Below, piece after piece: positions 9,856-19,259 of a DNA stretch of 36,526 bases. The translations under genes and the position numbers were made by a program. The DNA is from Granulicella sp. (GTDB lineage: Bacteria; Acidobacteriota; Terriglobia; Terriglobales; Acidobacteriaceae). The number at the start of each line of letters is the position of its first letter. Position 1 is the first letter of the stretch. The stretch covers positions 1 through 36,526 of the forward strand of contig DAHWNL010000062.1 in the NCBI GenBank assembly GCA_027339965.1. The letters are read 5' to 3'. Below the pieces are notes generated by a model. It did no database searches. It worked only from the letters and a program-made list of their open reading frames with translations, and had not been told where the DNA came from.

Positions 9856-10731
9856 TTATGCAGCGCCCTCGATCATCCGCAGGGAAAGCGGCGGAAGCAA
9901 GTCGATGCCGGCGGCCAGGGAGCGGAAGAGTTCGATGGCGCGAAGGCAATCCGGGTCCAGGGCGTAATGAATGTTGTGGCTGAGATAGGCGCGGATGGTC
10001 TGCGCCGAGATGGCCAGGCGAGGGGTCCACTCCTGGACCAGGCGTTCGATGTTGGCCAGGCCGGCGTCGCGGCTGGCAGCAAGATCGTCGACGAGTTGCT
10101 GCGGAGAGAGGCTGGCCGGGGCCAGAGCCTCTGGGCGCAGAGCCCAGACGGCGGCGACCCAGGGGAGGCCAGTGAGTTCGCGCCAGAGATGGGCAAGATC
10201 AAGCCAGAGCAGCGGGCAACCGGCGGCGGCGTCCACGGCATCCCGGCGCTCGCGGGCTAGCAGGGCAGGGTCGCCGATGAGCAGAGCCGCATCGGCTGCG
10301 GCGAGCATGGCGGTGGGGTCTGCAGGAAGGGGTAGAAACGTTGGATGGGTGTGGTGAAAGTGCTGAAACAGGATTTGCGCATAGGCCAACGAACTCCGGC
10401 TGGCGACATCGGCGGCGACGGTCTGGACCCGTTGCAAGGCCTCGGCAACGGACAGTCCGGAGGGGTTCTTTACCAGCAGCAGGATGCTGCGGACCTCGCT
10501 TTGGGAGGCGATGGCGCAGCCGGGCACAACGACCAGCGAGGAGGTCAGGGCCGCAATAGGGATCAGGCCGAGGTCGGCGCTGCCGGAGTGAAGCTCTGCG
10601 GCGCAGATGGCTGGGGAAGTGTAGTGGACCTCAAAGTGTTCCCGGAGCCGGGTGGCCGCCGGTTCATGTTCAAAGTTGTAGAGCAGTGGAGCGGGGTTCA
10701 GAAAGGCGATGGTCGAGACGCGTAAGGGCAC
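9856..10731 (-). CDS. mqnA: Chorismate dehydratase MqnA (futalosine menaquinone pathway)
   Basis: RVSTIAFLNPAPL, ADLGLIP, VRSILL, SRSS, AALLIGDPAL and DLAHLWRELTGLPWVAAVW motifs. GTG 10731 is preferred as start (ORF open from 10773). Confidence 0.9.
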   Translation of the reverse strand: MPLRVSTIAFLNPAPLLYNFEHEPAATRLREHFEVHYTSPAICAAELHSGSADLGLIPIAALTSSLVVVPGCAIASQSEVRSILLLVKNPSGLSVAEALQRVQTVAADVASRSSLAYAQILFQHFHHTHPTFLPLPADPTAMLAAADAALLIGDPALLARERRDAVDAAAGCPLLWLDLAHLWRELTGLPWVAAVWALRPEALAPASLSPQQLVDDLAASRDAGLANIERLVQEWTPRLAISAQTIRAYLSHNIHYALDPDCLRAIELFRSLAAGIDLLPPLSLRMIEGAA

Positions 10732-10855
10732 AAATTGATTGTAGATGGCCGGGAGGCGCTGTACCCCAACCATGGCAAGGACCGGCCGGGCACTGCGATC
10801 TTCGCACAGAATTTAAGATAGGATGCCATCACGGCGCAGCGGAGAGGGATGCGGA

Positions 10856-12079
10856 ATGAGCGAAGGGATGGGCGAAGGGCGACGGGGTGCCGAGCCTCCG
10901 GCGGGACGGCCGACTACGGACGAGGCCAGACTGGCATGGTTGGCGCTGGCTTTGGCGCCGGGGATGGGGCCGACCCGATCCACCCGAGCCATGCGGCGGT
11001 TGGGGTCGGCAGAGCGACTGTTCTCGGCGTCCTTGACGGAGCTGGAAAGCCTGGGGATACCCGCGGAAGCGGCCCAGTTCTGCTTTGACGGGCGAGCGCG
11101 GGCGGCGGCGGTTGAGGAGGCAGAGCGGGCTGCCCTGCAGCAGGCCAGGTGGGTGACGTTGGACGATGAAGAGTATCCAGCCGGGTTGTTGGAGATCTAC
11201 GATCCTCCCACGGTGCTCTGGGTGCGCGGTGAATTGAAGTTGCTGAACATGCCCGGAATTGCGGTGGTGGGGACGCGGCAACCTTCTCCCTATGGGGTGG
11301 GGATGGCAGAGATGTTGAGCCGCGACCTGGCCCGGCGTGGACTCGTCGTGCTGAGCGGCATGGCGCGGGGCGTGGACACTTGTGCCCACAAGGGAGCCCT
11401 GGAGGCCGGTGGAGCCACGGTGGCCGTCTGGGGAACGGGGATCGATGTGATCTATCCCAAGGAGAACAAAAGATTGGCCGAGGAGATCGTGGCCAGGGGC
11501 GGAGCCATTGTCAGCGAGTTTCCCTTGGGGACGTTTCCGGCTCCGCAGAACTTTCCCATCCGCAACCGCACGCTCAGCGGGATGAGCGTGGGCGTGCTGG
11601 TGGTGGAGGCGGGTGAGTATTCCGGCACCAGGATCACAGCGCGCTGCGCGCTGGACCAGGGGCGGGATGTGTATGCCGTCCCTGGCAACGTAACCAGCAG
11701 GAACGCCTGGGGGCCGAACACGCTCATCAAGCAGGGTGCAAAGCTAACTGCTACATGGGAGGACATTTGGGAGGATCTGCCCAGCCAGGTGAGGCTGCAA
11801 CTGGAGGATCGGCTGCAAGCCAAGGCCGGCGAAGGTGAATCCGGACGGGGCGCTGGAGCATCCTTGTTCAACGAGACGCCCGGCACCGCTCTGATGAGCG
11901 AGCACGAACGGGCCGTCTTCGAGCAGTTGCGTCAGGATGAACCGTTGCAACTGGATGAGCTGATGGAGCGGCTGGAGTCCAGGCTGGTCTCCGGAGAGGT
12001 CTTTACCGCGCTCTTCGAGCTGGAGTTGAGCGGACGCATCCGGCAGTTGCCTGGGAAGAACTATGTACGGTGCTTCTAG
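10856..12079 (+). CDS. dprA: DNA processing protein DprA/Smf
   Basis: IAVVGTR, SGMARGVDTCAH, SEFPLGT, NFPIRNR, VVEAGEYSG and VYAVPG motifs, a C-terminal winged helix, and the conserved position before topA. Confidence 0.96.
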   Translation: MSEGMGEGRRGAEPPAGRPTTDEARLAWLALALAPGMGPTRSTRAMRRLGSAERLFSASLTELESLGIPAEAAQFCFDGRARAAAVEEAERAALQQARWVTLDDEEYPAGLLEIYDPPTVLWVRGELKLLNMPGIAVVGTRQPSPYGVGMAEMLSRDLARRGLVVLSGMARGVDTCAHKGALEAGGATVAVWGTGIDVIYPKENKRLAEEIVARGGAIVSEFPLGTFPAPQNFPIRNRTLSGMSVGVLVVEAGEYSGTRITARCALDQGRDVYAVPGNVTSRNAWGPNTLIKQGAKLTATWEDIWEDLPSQVRLQLEDRLQAKAGEGESGRGAGASLFNETPGTALMSEHERAVFEQLRQDEPLQLDELMERLESRLVSGEVFTALFELELSGRIRQLPGKNYVRCF

Positions 12080-12465
12080 GAGTTTCTCGCCGGACAAGGC
12101 TTGGGCCCAAAGATGATTCGATTCACGGCGCGCCTCTCCTGGTCCACCTGCTGTGGCGCCGCGCCGGCTGCGTGAAGGGCGTTTTCAACAGAATTTCGGA
12201 GCGGGTGTCCTGGTATAGGGTGGATAGATCGGACATGGATGAAGGTTTCGGTGACCCGAGAGCAGCCTCTGCGGGTTAAGAGGAATGTTGGCGCGTCTAA
12301 ACAGCCAAGCTGGTTTTATTGCCGAATGGTTTTATCGCAAGCCGATAGATCGCTGATCGATTTCGGCGAGAAGTTTGACTTGAACTCGGCAAGACGTGAT
12401 AGGTTGCATAGGAGTTGGAAGCAGAGTTGGGGCTAAGGGCCGTATCTCTGGATGGGTGTCAAGGG

Positions 12466-15390
12466 ATGGCAAAGAATCTGGTGATCGTAGAGTCGCCGGC
12501 GAAGGCGAAGACGATCGGGAAGTATCTGGGCGGTGACTACGTGGTGGAGGCCTCCGTGGGCCACATCATGGATCTGCCCAAGAACGAGATTGGGGTGGAG
12601 CTGAAGCATCGGACCTTTGAGCCGACGCTGATCGTGTCTCCGGGCAAAGAGAAGGTGGTGGAGCGGCTGAAGAAGCTGGCGGCGAAGAGCGACTCCGTGT
12701 TTTTGGCGGCCGATCCGGATCGGGAGGGGGAAGCAATCGCCGCTCATCTGAAGATGCAGCTTTTGCCGGCGATGAAGGACAAGAAGAAGCTGCGCCGGGT
12801 GACGTTCAACGAGATTACCAAGAAGGCGGTGAAGTCGGCCTTTGAGCACACGCGCGACGTGGACAAGAACCTGGTGGACGCGCAGCAGACGCGGCGCGTG
12901 CTGGACCGGCTGGTGGGGTATCAGATCTCGCCCTTGTTGTGGGACAAGGTGAAGCGCGGCTTGAGCGCGGGTCGAGTGCAGACGGTTGCGTTGCGGCTGA
13001 TCGTGGAGCGGGAACGCGAGATCAATGCGTTTCAGACGGTGGAGTACTGGAACATCGATGCGGTGCTCAAGCCGGCGCAAGGGGGGCAGGAGTTTGCCGC
13101 GCGCATGGTGGGTGTGCAAGGGCTGCCGATTCGCGTACCCAACGGAACGGATGCGGACGGCAAGGAGAGCTTCCTTCCCAATGCCTTGCCGGACAAGGCC
13201 GCCGTGGATGAGGTGATGGAGCAACTGGAACGCGCCGCCTGGAAGGTGCGGTCGATCGAGACCAAGGAGCGGCGGCAGAATCCCCGGGCTCCGTTTACCA
13301 CTAGCCAGTTGCAGCAGCAGGCGGCGGGACGTCTCGGCTTCAATGTGCGGCGGACGATGGGTGTGGCGCAGCGGCTGTACGAGGGCGTGGAGTTGGGCAG
13401 CGAGGGCACGGTGGGCCTGATTACCTACATGCGAACCGACTCGACCAACATGAGCGCCGACGCGGTGAAGGAGATTCGCGAGTGGGTGGGGAAGAAGTTC
13501 GGTGACAGGTATCTGCCGGAGAAGCCCAACACCTACAAGAGCAAAAAGGATGCGCAGGAGGCGCATGAGGCGATCCGCCCGACCAACGTCGGATACGTTC
13601 CGGATGAGGTGCGGCGGTACCTCTCGGATGAGCAGTACCGGCTGTACAAGCTGATCTGGGAGCGCGCGGTGACCAGCCAGATGACCCCCGCGGTCTTCGA
13701 CCAAACCACGGTGGAGATCGAAGCCAAAGCGAAGTCCGTGTTTGACTTCAGAACCACTGGCAGCGTGTTGAAGTTCGACGGCTGGCTGCGCTTTGACGAG
13801 GAAGCCAAGCGAGCCAGGGCGGCGCGGGCTGCCTCCGAGGCGGCCGCGGATGCCGAGGCAGCCGAGAGCGCCAAGGATGCGACCTCCGAGGAGAGCTCGG
13901 TGGATCGGCGGTTGCCGGTATTGAAGGAAGAGGAGAGCTTGCAGCGAGTGAGGCTGGAACCGCAGCAGAAGTTTACCCAGCCGCCCCCGCGCTTCAATGA
14001 AGCCAGCCTGGTGAAGACGCTGGAGGAGAAAGGGATTGGGCGTCCTTCCACGTATGCCTCCATCATCAACACCATCCAGGAACGGGATTATGTAAAGAAG
14101 ATCGCGCAGCGGCTGGTGCCTACCGAGATCGGCATGGTGGTGACCGAGCTGCTGGTGAAGAACTTCCCTTATATCTTCGAGACCGGATACACAGCGCAGC
14201 TGGAGAGTGAGCTGGATGCGGTCGAGGAGGGTACGGAGCGGTGGACGGATCTGCTGAAGGGCTTTTATGCGCACTTTGAAGAGGAGTTGAAGGTCGCCGA
14301 GACCGAGATGGAAGACATCAAGGCCTGGGAGAAGCCCACCGAGGAGCGCTGCGAGAAGTGCGGGGCTCCGCTGATCCTGAAGTGGGGCAAGTTTGGGAGC
14401 TTCTACTCCTGCTCGAACTTCACCAAGGCCAAGCCGATCTCGGTGGCGCAGGGAACGCTGAAGAAGGATCCGAAGACCGCCGTCAAGAAGGTGCTCGCCG
14501 CATTTGGCTTTCCGATGGTGGTCAAGGCGATAAGTGAGGATGTGGTCGAGTCCAGCGTCACGGTGAAGAATCGTGCAGAGCTGATCGAGGCTCTGCAGGC
14601 CGCAGCCGGCCAGGGGAAGAAGCTGGTGGTGGAACCGGTGAGCTGCGACTTCACCAAGGAGAACTTTACGGCCAAGCCTGATTTAAGTTCTGCTGGAGCC
14701 CAGGACGGGACACAGGAGGCTGAGCAGGAAGAGGAGTTTTGCGACAACTGCGGGCGAACGATGGTTCTGCGCAACGGCCCCTGGGGACCGTTCATGGCCT
14801 GTCCGGGCTACAACGAGGATCCTCCCTGCAAGACGATCCGGAAGCTGACGCAGAAGGTGCAGACCAAGCCGCCGGTGGTGCTGGAGGAGGCCTGCCCCAA
14901 GTGCGGAAAGCCTCTGCTGCAGCGGAACGGACAGTACGGCGAGTTCATCGCTTGTTCCGGCTATCCGAAGTGCAAATATGTCAAACAGGAACTGCTGGAT
15001 GTGCCCTGCCCGAAGTGCGGAGGAGAGATTGCGGTGCGCAAGAACCGGCGTGGCGATACGTTCTATGGTTGCACGCGTTATCCAAAGTGCGACTTTACCA
15101 GCAATCAGAAGCTGGTGAATCAGCCCTGTCCCAAGTGCGCAGCAGCCTATCTGGTGGAGTATGCGAACGGGGAAGGCACTTTTTTGATCTGTCCTAACAA
15201 TCGAGAGGCTCTACCCAAGCGGCGGCTGCGCAAAGGCCAGGAAGAGCAGGTCTCCGCAGGGAAGAAGTGCGGCTACCAGAAGAAGATTGGCCCTCCGAAG
15301 CCTAAGGCTCCGCCAGCCGAGGGCGGGGCCGGCGAGCGCCGGCGGCCGGATCCGGAGAAGACCCGCGCAGTGGTGGAGGCGGTCGCGTAA
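12466..15390 (+). CDS. topA: DNA topoisomerase I (type IA) with five C-terminal Zn ribbons
   Basis: LVIVESPAKAKTI, DPDREGEAI, SAGRVQT, ITYMRTDS (catalytic Tyr), QEAHEAIRPT and GIGRPSTY motifs. Confidence 0.98.
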   Translation: MAKNLVIVESPAKAKTIGKYLGGDYVVEASVGHIMDLPKNEIGVELKHRTFEPTLIVSPGKEKVVERLKKLAAKSDSVFLAADPDREGEAIAAHLKMQLLPAMKDKKKLRRVTFNEITKKAVKSAFEHTRDVDKNLVDAQQTRRVLDRLVGYQISPLLWDKVKRGLSAGRVQTVALRLIVEREREINAFQTVEYWNIDAVLKPAQGGQEFAARMVGVQGLPIRVPNGTDADGKESFLPNALPDKAAVDEVMEQLERAAWKVRSIETKERRQNPRAPFTTSQLQQQAAGRLGFNVRRTMGVAQRLYEGVELGSEGTVGLITYMRTDSTNMSADAVKEIREWVGKKFGDRYLPEKPNTYKSKKDAQEAHEAIRPTNVGYVPDEVRRYLSDEQYRLYKLIWERAVTSQMTPAVFDQTTVEIEAKAKSVFDFRTTGSVLKFDGWLRFDEEAKRARAARAASEAAADAEAAESAKDATSEESSVDRRLPVLKEEESLQRVRLEPQQKFTQPPPRFNEASLVKTLEEKGIGRPSTYASIINTIQERDYVKKIAQRLVPTEIGMVVTELLVKNFPYIFETGYTAQLESELDAVEEGTERWTDLLKGFYAHFEEELKVAETEMEDIKAWEKPTEERCEKCGAPLILKWGKFGSFYSCSNFTKAKPISVAQGTLKKDPKTAVKKVLAAFGFPMVVKAISEDVVESSVTVKNRAELIEALQAAAGQGKKLVVEPVSCDFTKENFTAKPDLSSAGAQDGTQEAEQEEEFCDNCGRTMVLRNGPWGPFMACPGYNEDPPCKTIRKLTQKVQTKPPVVLEEACPKCGKPLLQRNGQYGEFIACSGYPKCKYVKQELLDVPCPKCGGEIAVRKNRRGDTFYGCTRYPKCDFTSNQKLVNQPCPKCAAAYLVEYANGEGTFLICPNNREALPKRRLRKGQEEQVSAGKKCGYQKKIGPPKPKAPPAEGGAGERRRPDPEKTRAVVEAVA

Positions 15391-15627
15391 AGGCTCAGCT
15401 TGGCCAGACTGCCGGCGAGATCGAACTGCGGCCAGAGAAAGTTCAAAAAAGCGCGGAATCTTATGATGTTTTGTAGGAATCCGTTTCAGGACTTCCCATT
15501 TCCCGTAAGTTGATGGTATCCTCAGGGGCAGCGTGCTGTTTTCACTGCGGTCAAGACTATCTTCTGGGTTCTGCACTGCCGGGGGGCTGGCCGCTCGAAC
15601 TGACTGAAACAATTGGGAAGGGCATCT

Positions 15628-15915
15628 ATGGCGAAAGCGGTTTGGAACGGACAAACGCTGGCGGAAAGCGATAAAGTTGAGACCATTGAAGGGAATGTTT
15701 ACTTTCCCGAAGAGACGGTAAACAGAGCCTTTCTACGGCCCAGCTCAACGAGCTCCAACTGCCCCTGGAAGGGGATGGCGCGGTACTACACGGTTCTGGT
15801 AGATGGCCAGGAAAACCCGGATGCGGCATGGTACTATCCAAACCCGAAGCTGGCGGCCAAGACGGTGAAGCACCATGTCGCCTTTTGGCGTGGAGTGGAG
15901 ATCATCAACAGTTAA
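15628..15915 (+). CDS. DUF427 domain protein
   Basis: AVWNGQTLAES, EGNVYFP, CPWKGMARYY, AAWYYP and VAFW motifs; GGAAGGG SD. Confidence 0.92.
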   Translation: MAKAVWNGQTLAESDKVETIEGNVYFPEETVNRAFLRPSSTSSNCPWKGMARYYTVLVDGQENPDAAWYYPNPKLAAKTVKHHVAFWRGVEIINS

Positions 15916-15991
15916 TATTAATATCCTGGCTATCCTGGCGCCGAGCCTGCAAGAGTCGGTTCGTTCGATGAGTATACTCCGGACTGGATGC

Positions 15992-16025
15992 AAACGATCG
16001 CCCCTTGACAGGGGCGATCGTTTTT
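15992..16025 (+). terminator. Rho-independent terminator
   Basis: Perfect 14-bp stem AAACGATCGCCCCT-tgac-AGGGGCGATCGTTT running into a T tract. Confidence 0.85.
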
Positions 16026-16359
16026 GGGGTGGCTCCGGCAGGAGGCGTCGTTGCGGGTGCAGGACCCTGGTGAGGTGACTGCAGCGAGGGAGAGCCGGCA
16101 GTTTTAGCTGCTTCCGCGCGGATGGATCTCCTCAAGCTCGCCGGCGGTGCTGTTCTCCGTCGGGGAGACGGCCTTCCAGGAAGGGTCGCGGGGGGTGACC
16201 AAAGCGGGAGAGCCGTGGGGCGAGCCCACAGTTTCGCTGAACGGGTAGATGGATCCAGCCATGAAATCTTTACCGCTTCCGCCGCGCCATCGGGCGTCCC
16301 GGCAGGCGTTGGTCTCAACGGAGTTTCTGCCTTGGCTTCAACAAGCTTCAGCATGCGGA

Positions 16360-16411
16360 TTGACACGCATTTCGTGACAGGTGTAACCTTTCCTTTTTGT
16401 AAATGATTACA
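16360..16411 (+). promoter_or_regulatory. sigma70-type promoter with LacI/GalR-like operator
   Basis: TTGACA (16360)-N18-TAACCT (16384), followed by the palindrome TGTAA-atga-TTACA (16398-16411). Confidence 0.55.
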
Positions 16412-16419
16412 CTGCGCAA

Positions 16420-16786
16420 GGCTGGCGATGGAACAATCCGGATAGGATCGAGATCGGCAGTGGGGGAATGGCGATCGATGAATAGAAGACACCGATGCTC
16501 CTGCGGTACATTCGCGCCGTACCCTTGTTGGCGGGCTATGATCTCAATCACGTGTCCGGCGGATCCCTGAAAATTCTTTTGAACCGCGAAGGGATTGCGG
16601 TGGATCAGGATCCCCTGGGCAAACAAGGAGATCGGGTGTGGGCCGTGGGCTGACTTGATCTCTTGTCCAACCCCTCACAAGGGTGGCGCCGTCGCATTCG
16701 CTTTGTTCAACCGTGATGCCGGAGCCGATCGGATGACGTTCCGCCTGGCAGATCTCGAATGGCTCGGCCGTGCTCGGTCTCCATAA
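16420..16786 (+). pseudogene. GH27 alpha-galactosidase remnant (C-terminal part)
   Basis: Manual translation: WNNPDRIEIGSGGMAIDE*KTPMLLRYIRAVPLLAGYDLNHVSGGSLKILLNREGIAVDQDPLGKQGDRVWAVG*, then a frameshift to GGAVAFALFNR..MTFRLADL. This resembles GH27 WNDPDMLEVGNGGM...APLLAGND...NREVIAVDQDPLG...VALFNR. Stops at 16483 and 16651. Confidence 0.85.
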
Positions 16787-17296
16787 GCCATCGCCGGAAC
16801 CGGGAGAATTGGAGGCATGCTTTGACCCGCCAGGCCAATGCCGTAATCCGCAGCGCTTTGCTTCCGGACCGGTTTCCCGAAGCGGACCTGCTGTGGTCTC
16901 TTCGCGGGGAAGGATGCCGATCCAGGTCCAGGGATTGGGAGGAACCTGCACGGAAAAGATTGAGCGCAACATGCAAGGGGAGATGATGGCAAAAGGAAAC
17001 CGGGAATCTGTTGGGTATAGCCGGGGGCAGAATCCCCTCGCAAGGACTCGACGGCGGTCTTGAAAGATGTTCTCTCAGGGTGAGAGTCTTTCGAGACGAG
17101 GAGGGCGGAAGGTGGCAGGGATGGTCTGAACTGCGAATGTAGGGCTGGTCTTGTTCCAACTCCATGCGACGCAAGGGTGGTCCATGCCGTTGGAATCTTC
17201 TGGCAAGAGTGGACACATCACCGGGAGGGAGTGGCATGCCGTTCCGGGGTGTTATCGAACACAAGTCAATGCGTAGCGCAAAGGGGAGTGAATTCC

Positions 17297-18988
17297 ATGG
17301 ATCGAAGAAATTTCATCAAGACCGCAAGCATCGCAGGTATTGTGTCCGGCTTGTGTGACACAACCGCCTCAGCCGCGACCTCCAATGCGGCGACAACCGG
17401 TAACCCGCAAGCTTCCTGCACTGCGGACACTCCCAGCAACGCCGCGCGGAGTGGAGGCATCGGCAATCGTCCGGGCCCAATGTGGCAGTTGGACAGGGCG
17501 GAGAGCGACCAGCCGCGGCAAGTGGTGATCATCCTTGGCGAGGCGATTCGCTACGACATGCTGAACTGCAACCGCAAGACTGGATTGAAGACGCCCAATC
17601 TGGATCGATTGGCGGAGCAGGGGATCCGCTTCACTCAGGCTTATGACTGCCAGCCGGTCTGCGCGCCGGCTCGCTCCGCGGTATGGACAGGAACCTTCCC
17701 GCATACGAACGGGGTATGGGGAAACAGCATGCCGATGGGCAACACGATCCACTCGATCGGAGAGAGGTTGCATGACAGAGGAATCCACTGCGGGTTCATT
17801 GGAAAATGGCATCTCTCCGGTACAGATTATTTTGACACTGGGATCCCTGCGCCAGGGTGGGATCCCGAGTACTGGTACGACATGAGGAGCTATCTGGAAG
17901 AGCTCTCTCCTCGTGAGCGGATGGCTTCACGCAAGCCCGCGACAGCTCTCCACGGCGATTGGCCAAAGGAGATGTGTTACGCGCATCGGGTGACGAACCG
18001 GGCGTTGAGCTTTTTGGAGAAGAACAAGGATCAGGAGTTTCTACTGGCCGTGGCCTTCGATGAGCCGCATGATCCGTCATTGTGTCCTCGAGAGTACGTG
18101 GAGATGTACAAGGACTACGTGTTCCCCAGTAGCCCGAATGTGAATGATTCACTGGCCGACAAGCCGGTGGAGCAGCGCATCTGGTCCGGCAAGGAGCTTC
18201 ATGCCCTTCAGCGGCCGATTCGCGCCGACCTGTACTTTGGCGCTCATACGTTCGTGGATCATGAAATCGGGCGAATTCTGGATGAGATCGAGAGGGTCGC
18301 TCCCAATGCTCTCATCATTTACACCGCCGATCACGGTCTGTTTCTGGAATCGCATCGCCTGGAAGGGAAAGGCCCGGCGATGTACCAGGAGATCACGCAT
18401 ATCCCCTTCATGGTGAAGTGGCCCGGTCATGCGCCGGCCAATGTGGCGTCAAAGAGCCTGGTGTCCCACGTGGATATTGCAGCCACCATGATGGACTACT
18501 TCGGTTTTGAGGTGCCGGGGACGCTCGAGGGATGCAGCATGCTGCCGATGTTCAAGAATCCGGAGGCCGAGGTGCGGAAGGAGGTGTTCATCGAGTTTGG
18601 ACGTTATGAGATTGATCACGATGGATTCGGCGGGTTCCAATGCATCCGCTGTATTTGCGATGGGCGGTACAAGTTGGCGATCAACCTGATGGTTACCGAT
18701 GAGTTGTATGATCTCGAATCGGACCCTGCGGAGATGAACAATCTGATCGACTCCCAGGAGCACGCATCCATCCGCAACGATCTGCATGACAGGCTTCTGA
18801 ACTGGATGAACACGTCACGAGATCCATTCCGCGGCTATTACTGGGGAAGGCGCGCGTGGCGCCCGGATTTTCCCGAGACCTGGCAGAACGCGGGTATGAC
18901 GCGGCAGATGGAAAACGACGGCTATTTGCCTCGGGAGCTCGATTATGCCACGGGCCTGACGATGGTGGATGCCACCCGGCCGAAATAA
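17297..18988 (+). CDS. Formylglycine-dependent sulfatase (YidJ-like) with Tat signal peptide
   Basis: MDRRNFIK twin-arginine motif; CAPAR (CxPxR), GKWHL, DEPHDP, TADHG and ELYDLESDP motifs; EFGRYEIDHDGFGG and DPFRGYYW resemble YidJ; GGGGAG SD. Confidence 0.92.
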   Translation: MDRRNFIKTASIAGIVSGLCDTTASAATSNAATTGNPQASCTADTPSNAARSGGIGNRPGPMWQLDRAESDQPRQVVIILGEAIRYDMLNCNRKTGLKTPNLDRLAEQGIRFTQAYDCQPVCAPARSAVWTGTFPHTNGVWGNSMPMGNTIHSIGERLHDRGIHCGFIGKWHLSGTDYFDTGIPAPGWDPEYWYDMRSYLEELSPRERMASRKPATALHGDWPKEMCYAHRVTNRALSFLEKNKDQEFLLAVAFDEPHDPSLCPREYVEMYKDYVFPSSPNVNDSLADKPVEQRIWSGKELHALQRPIRADLYFGAHTFVDHEIGRILDEIERVAPNALIIYTADHGLFLESHRLEGKGPAMYQEITHIPFMVKWPGHAPANVASKSLVSHVDIAATMMDYFGFEVPGTLEGCSMLPMFKNPEAEVRKEVFIEFGRYEIDHDGFGGFQCIRCICDGRYKLAINLMVTDELYDLESDPAEMNNLIDSQEHASIRNDLHDRLLNWMNTSRDPFRGYYWGRRAWRPDFPETWQNAGMTRQMENDGYLPRELDYATGLTMVDATRPK

Positions 18989-19259
18989 AGGCGTGCCCCC
19001 GGCCCCGAGGTGATGTCTCCGGCTTCTTCCCTGAAGTTGCGCCCCGATGCGGGGTCTGCTGGGCGTTTTCTTCCATGGAAACGCCACAGCAAGCCCGGCC
19101 CCGCTTCTGCGGACTCGGCAGCGCGGTAAGAGCGATAGCGTCGTTGTGCATGCAGCCTTGGCCAAAAGACGCTTCTATCATCGCCAGGATCTTTCCGTCG
19201 CCAACGCGTGGCCTGGACGAACCGGCTGCTTCGCCGGGCCACGATCGATCCTCTCCGGC

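Noticed and set aside
12080..12465. Long dprA-topA intergenic region with a TGGTTTTAT repeat and possible extended -10
   Set aside because: Probably a promoter region, but the spacing is non-canonical and no ncRNA can be supported.
12433..14274. 613-aa antisense ORF opposite topA (similarly 22368..24161, 28064..29593, 6822..7928, 20324..21571)
   Set aside because: Shadow ORFs from high-GC codon bias opposite well-conserved genes; no recognisable motifs.
17077..17090. 14-mer CAGGGTGAGAGTCT also present near 35416
   Set aside because: One 14-bp match is expected by chance in 36 kb, and the flanks do not extend convincingly.
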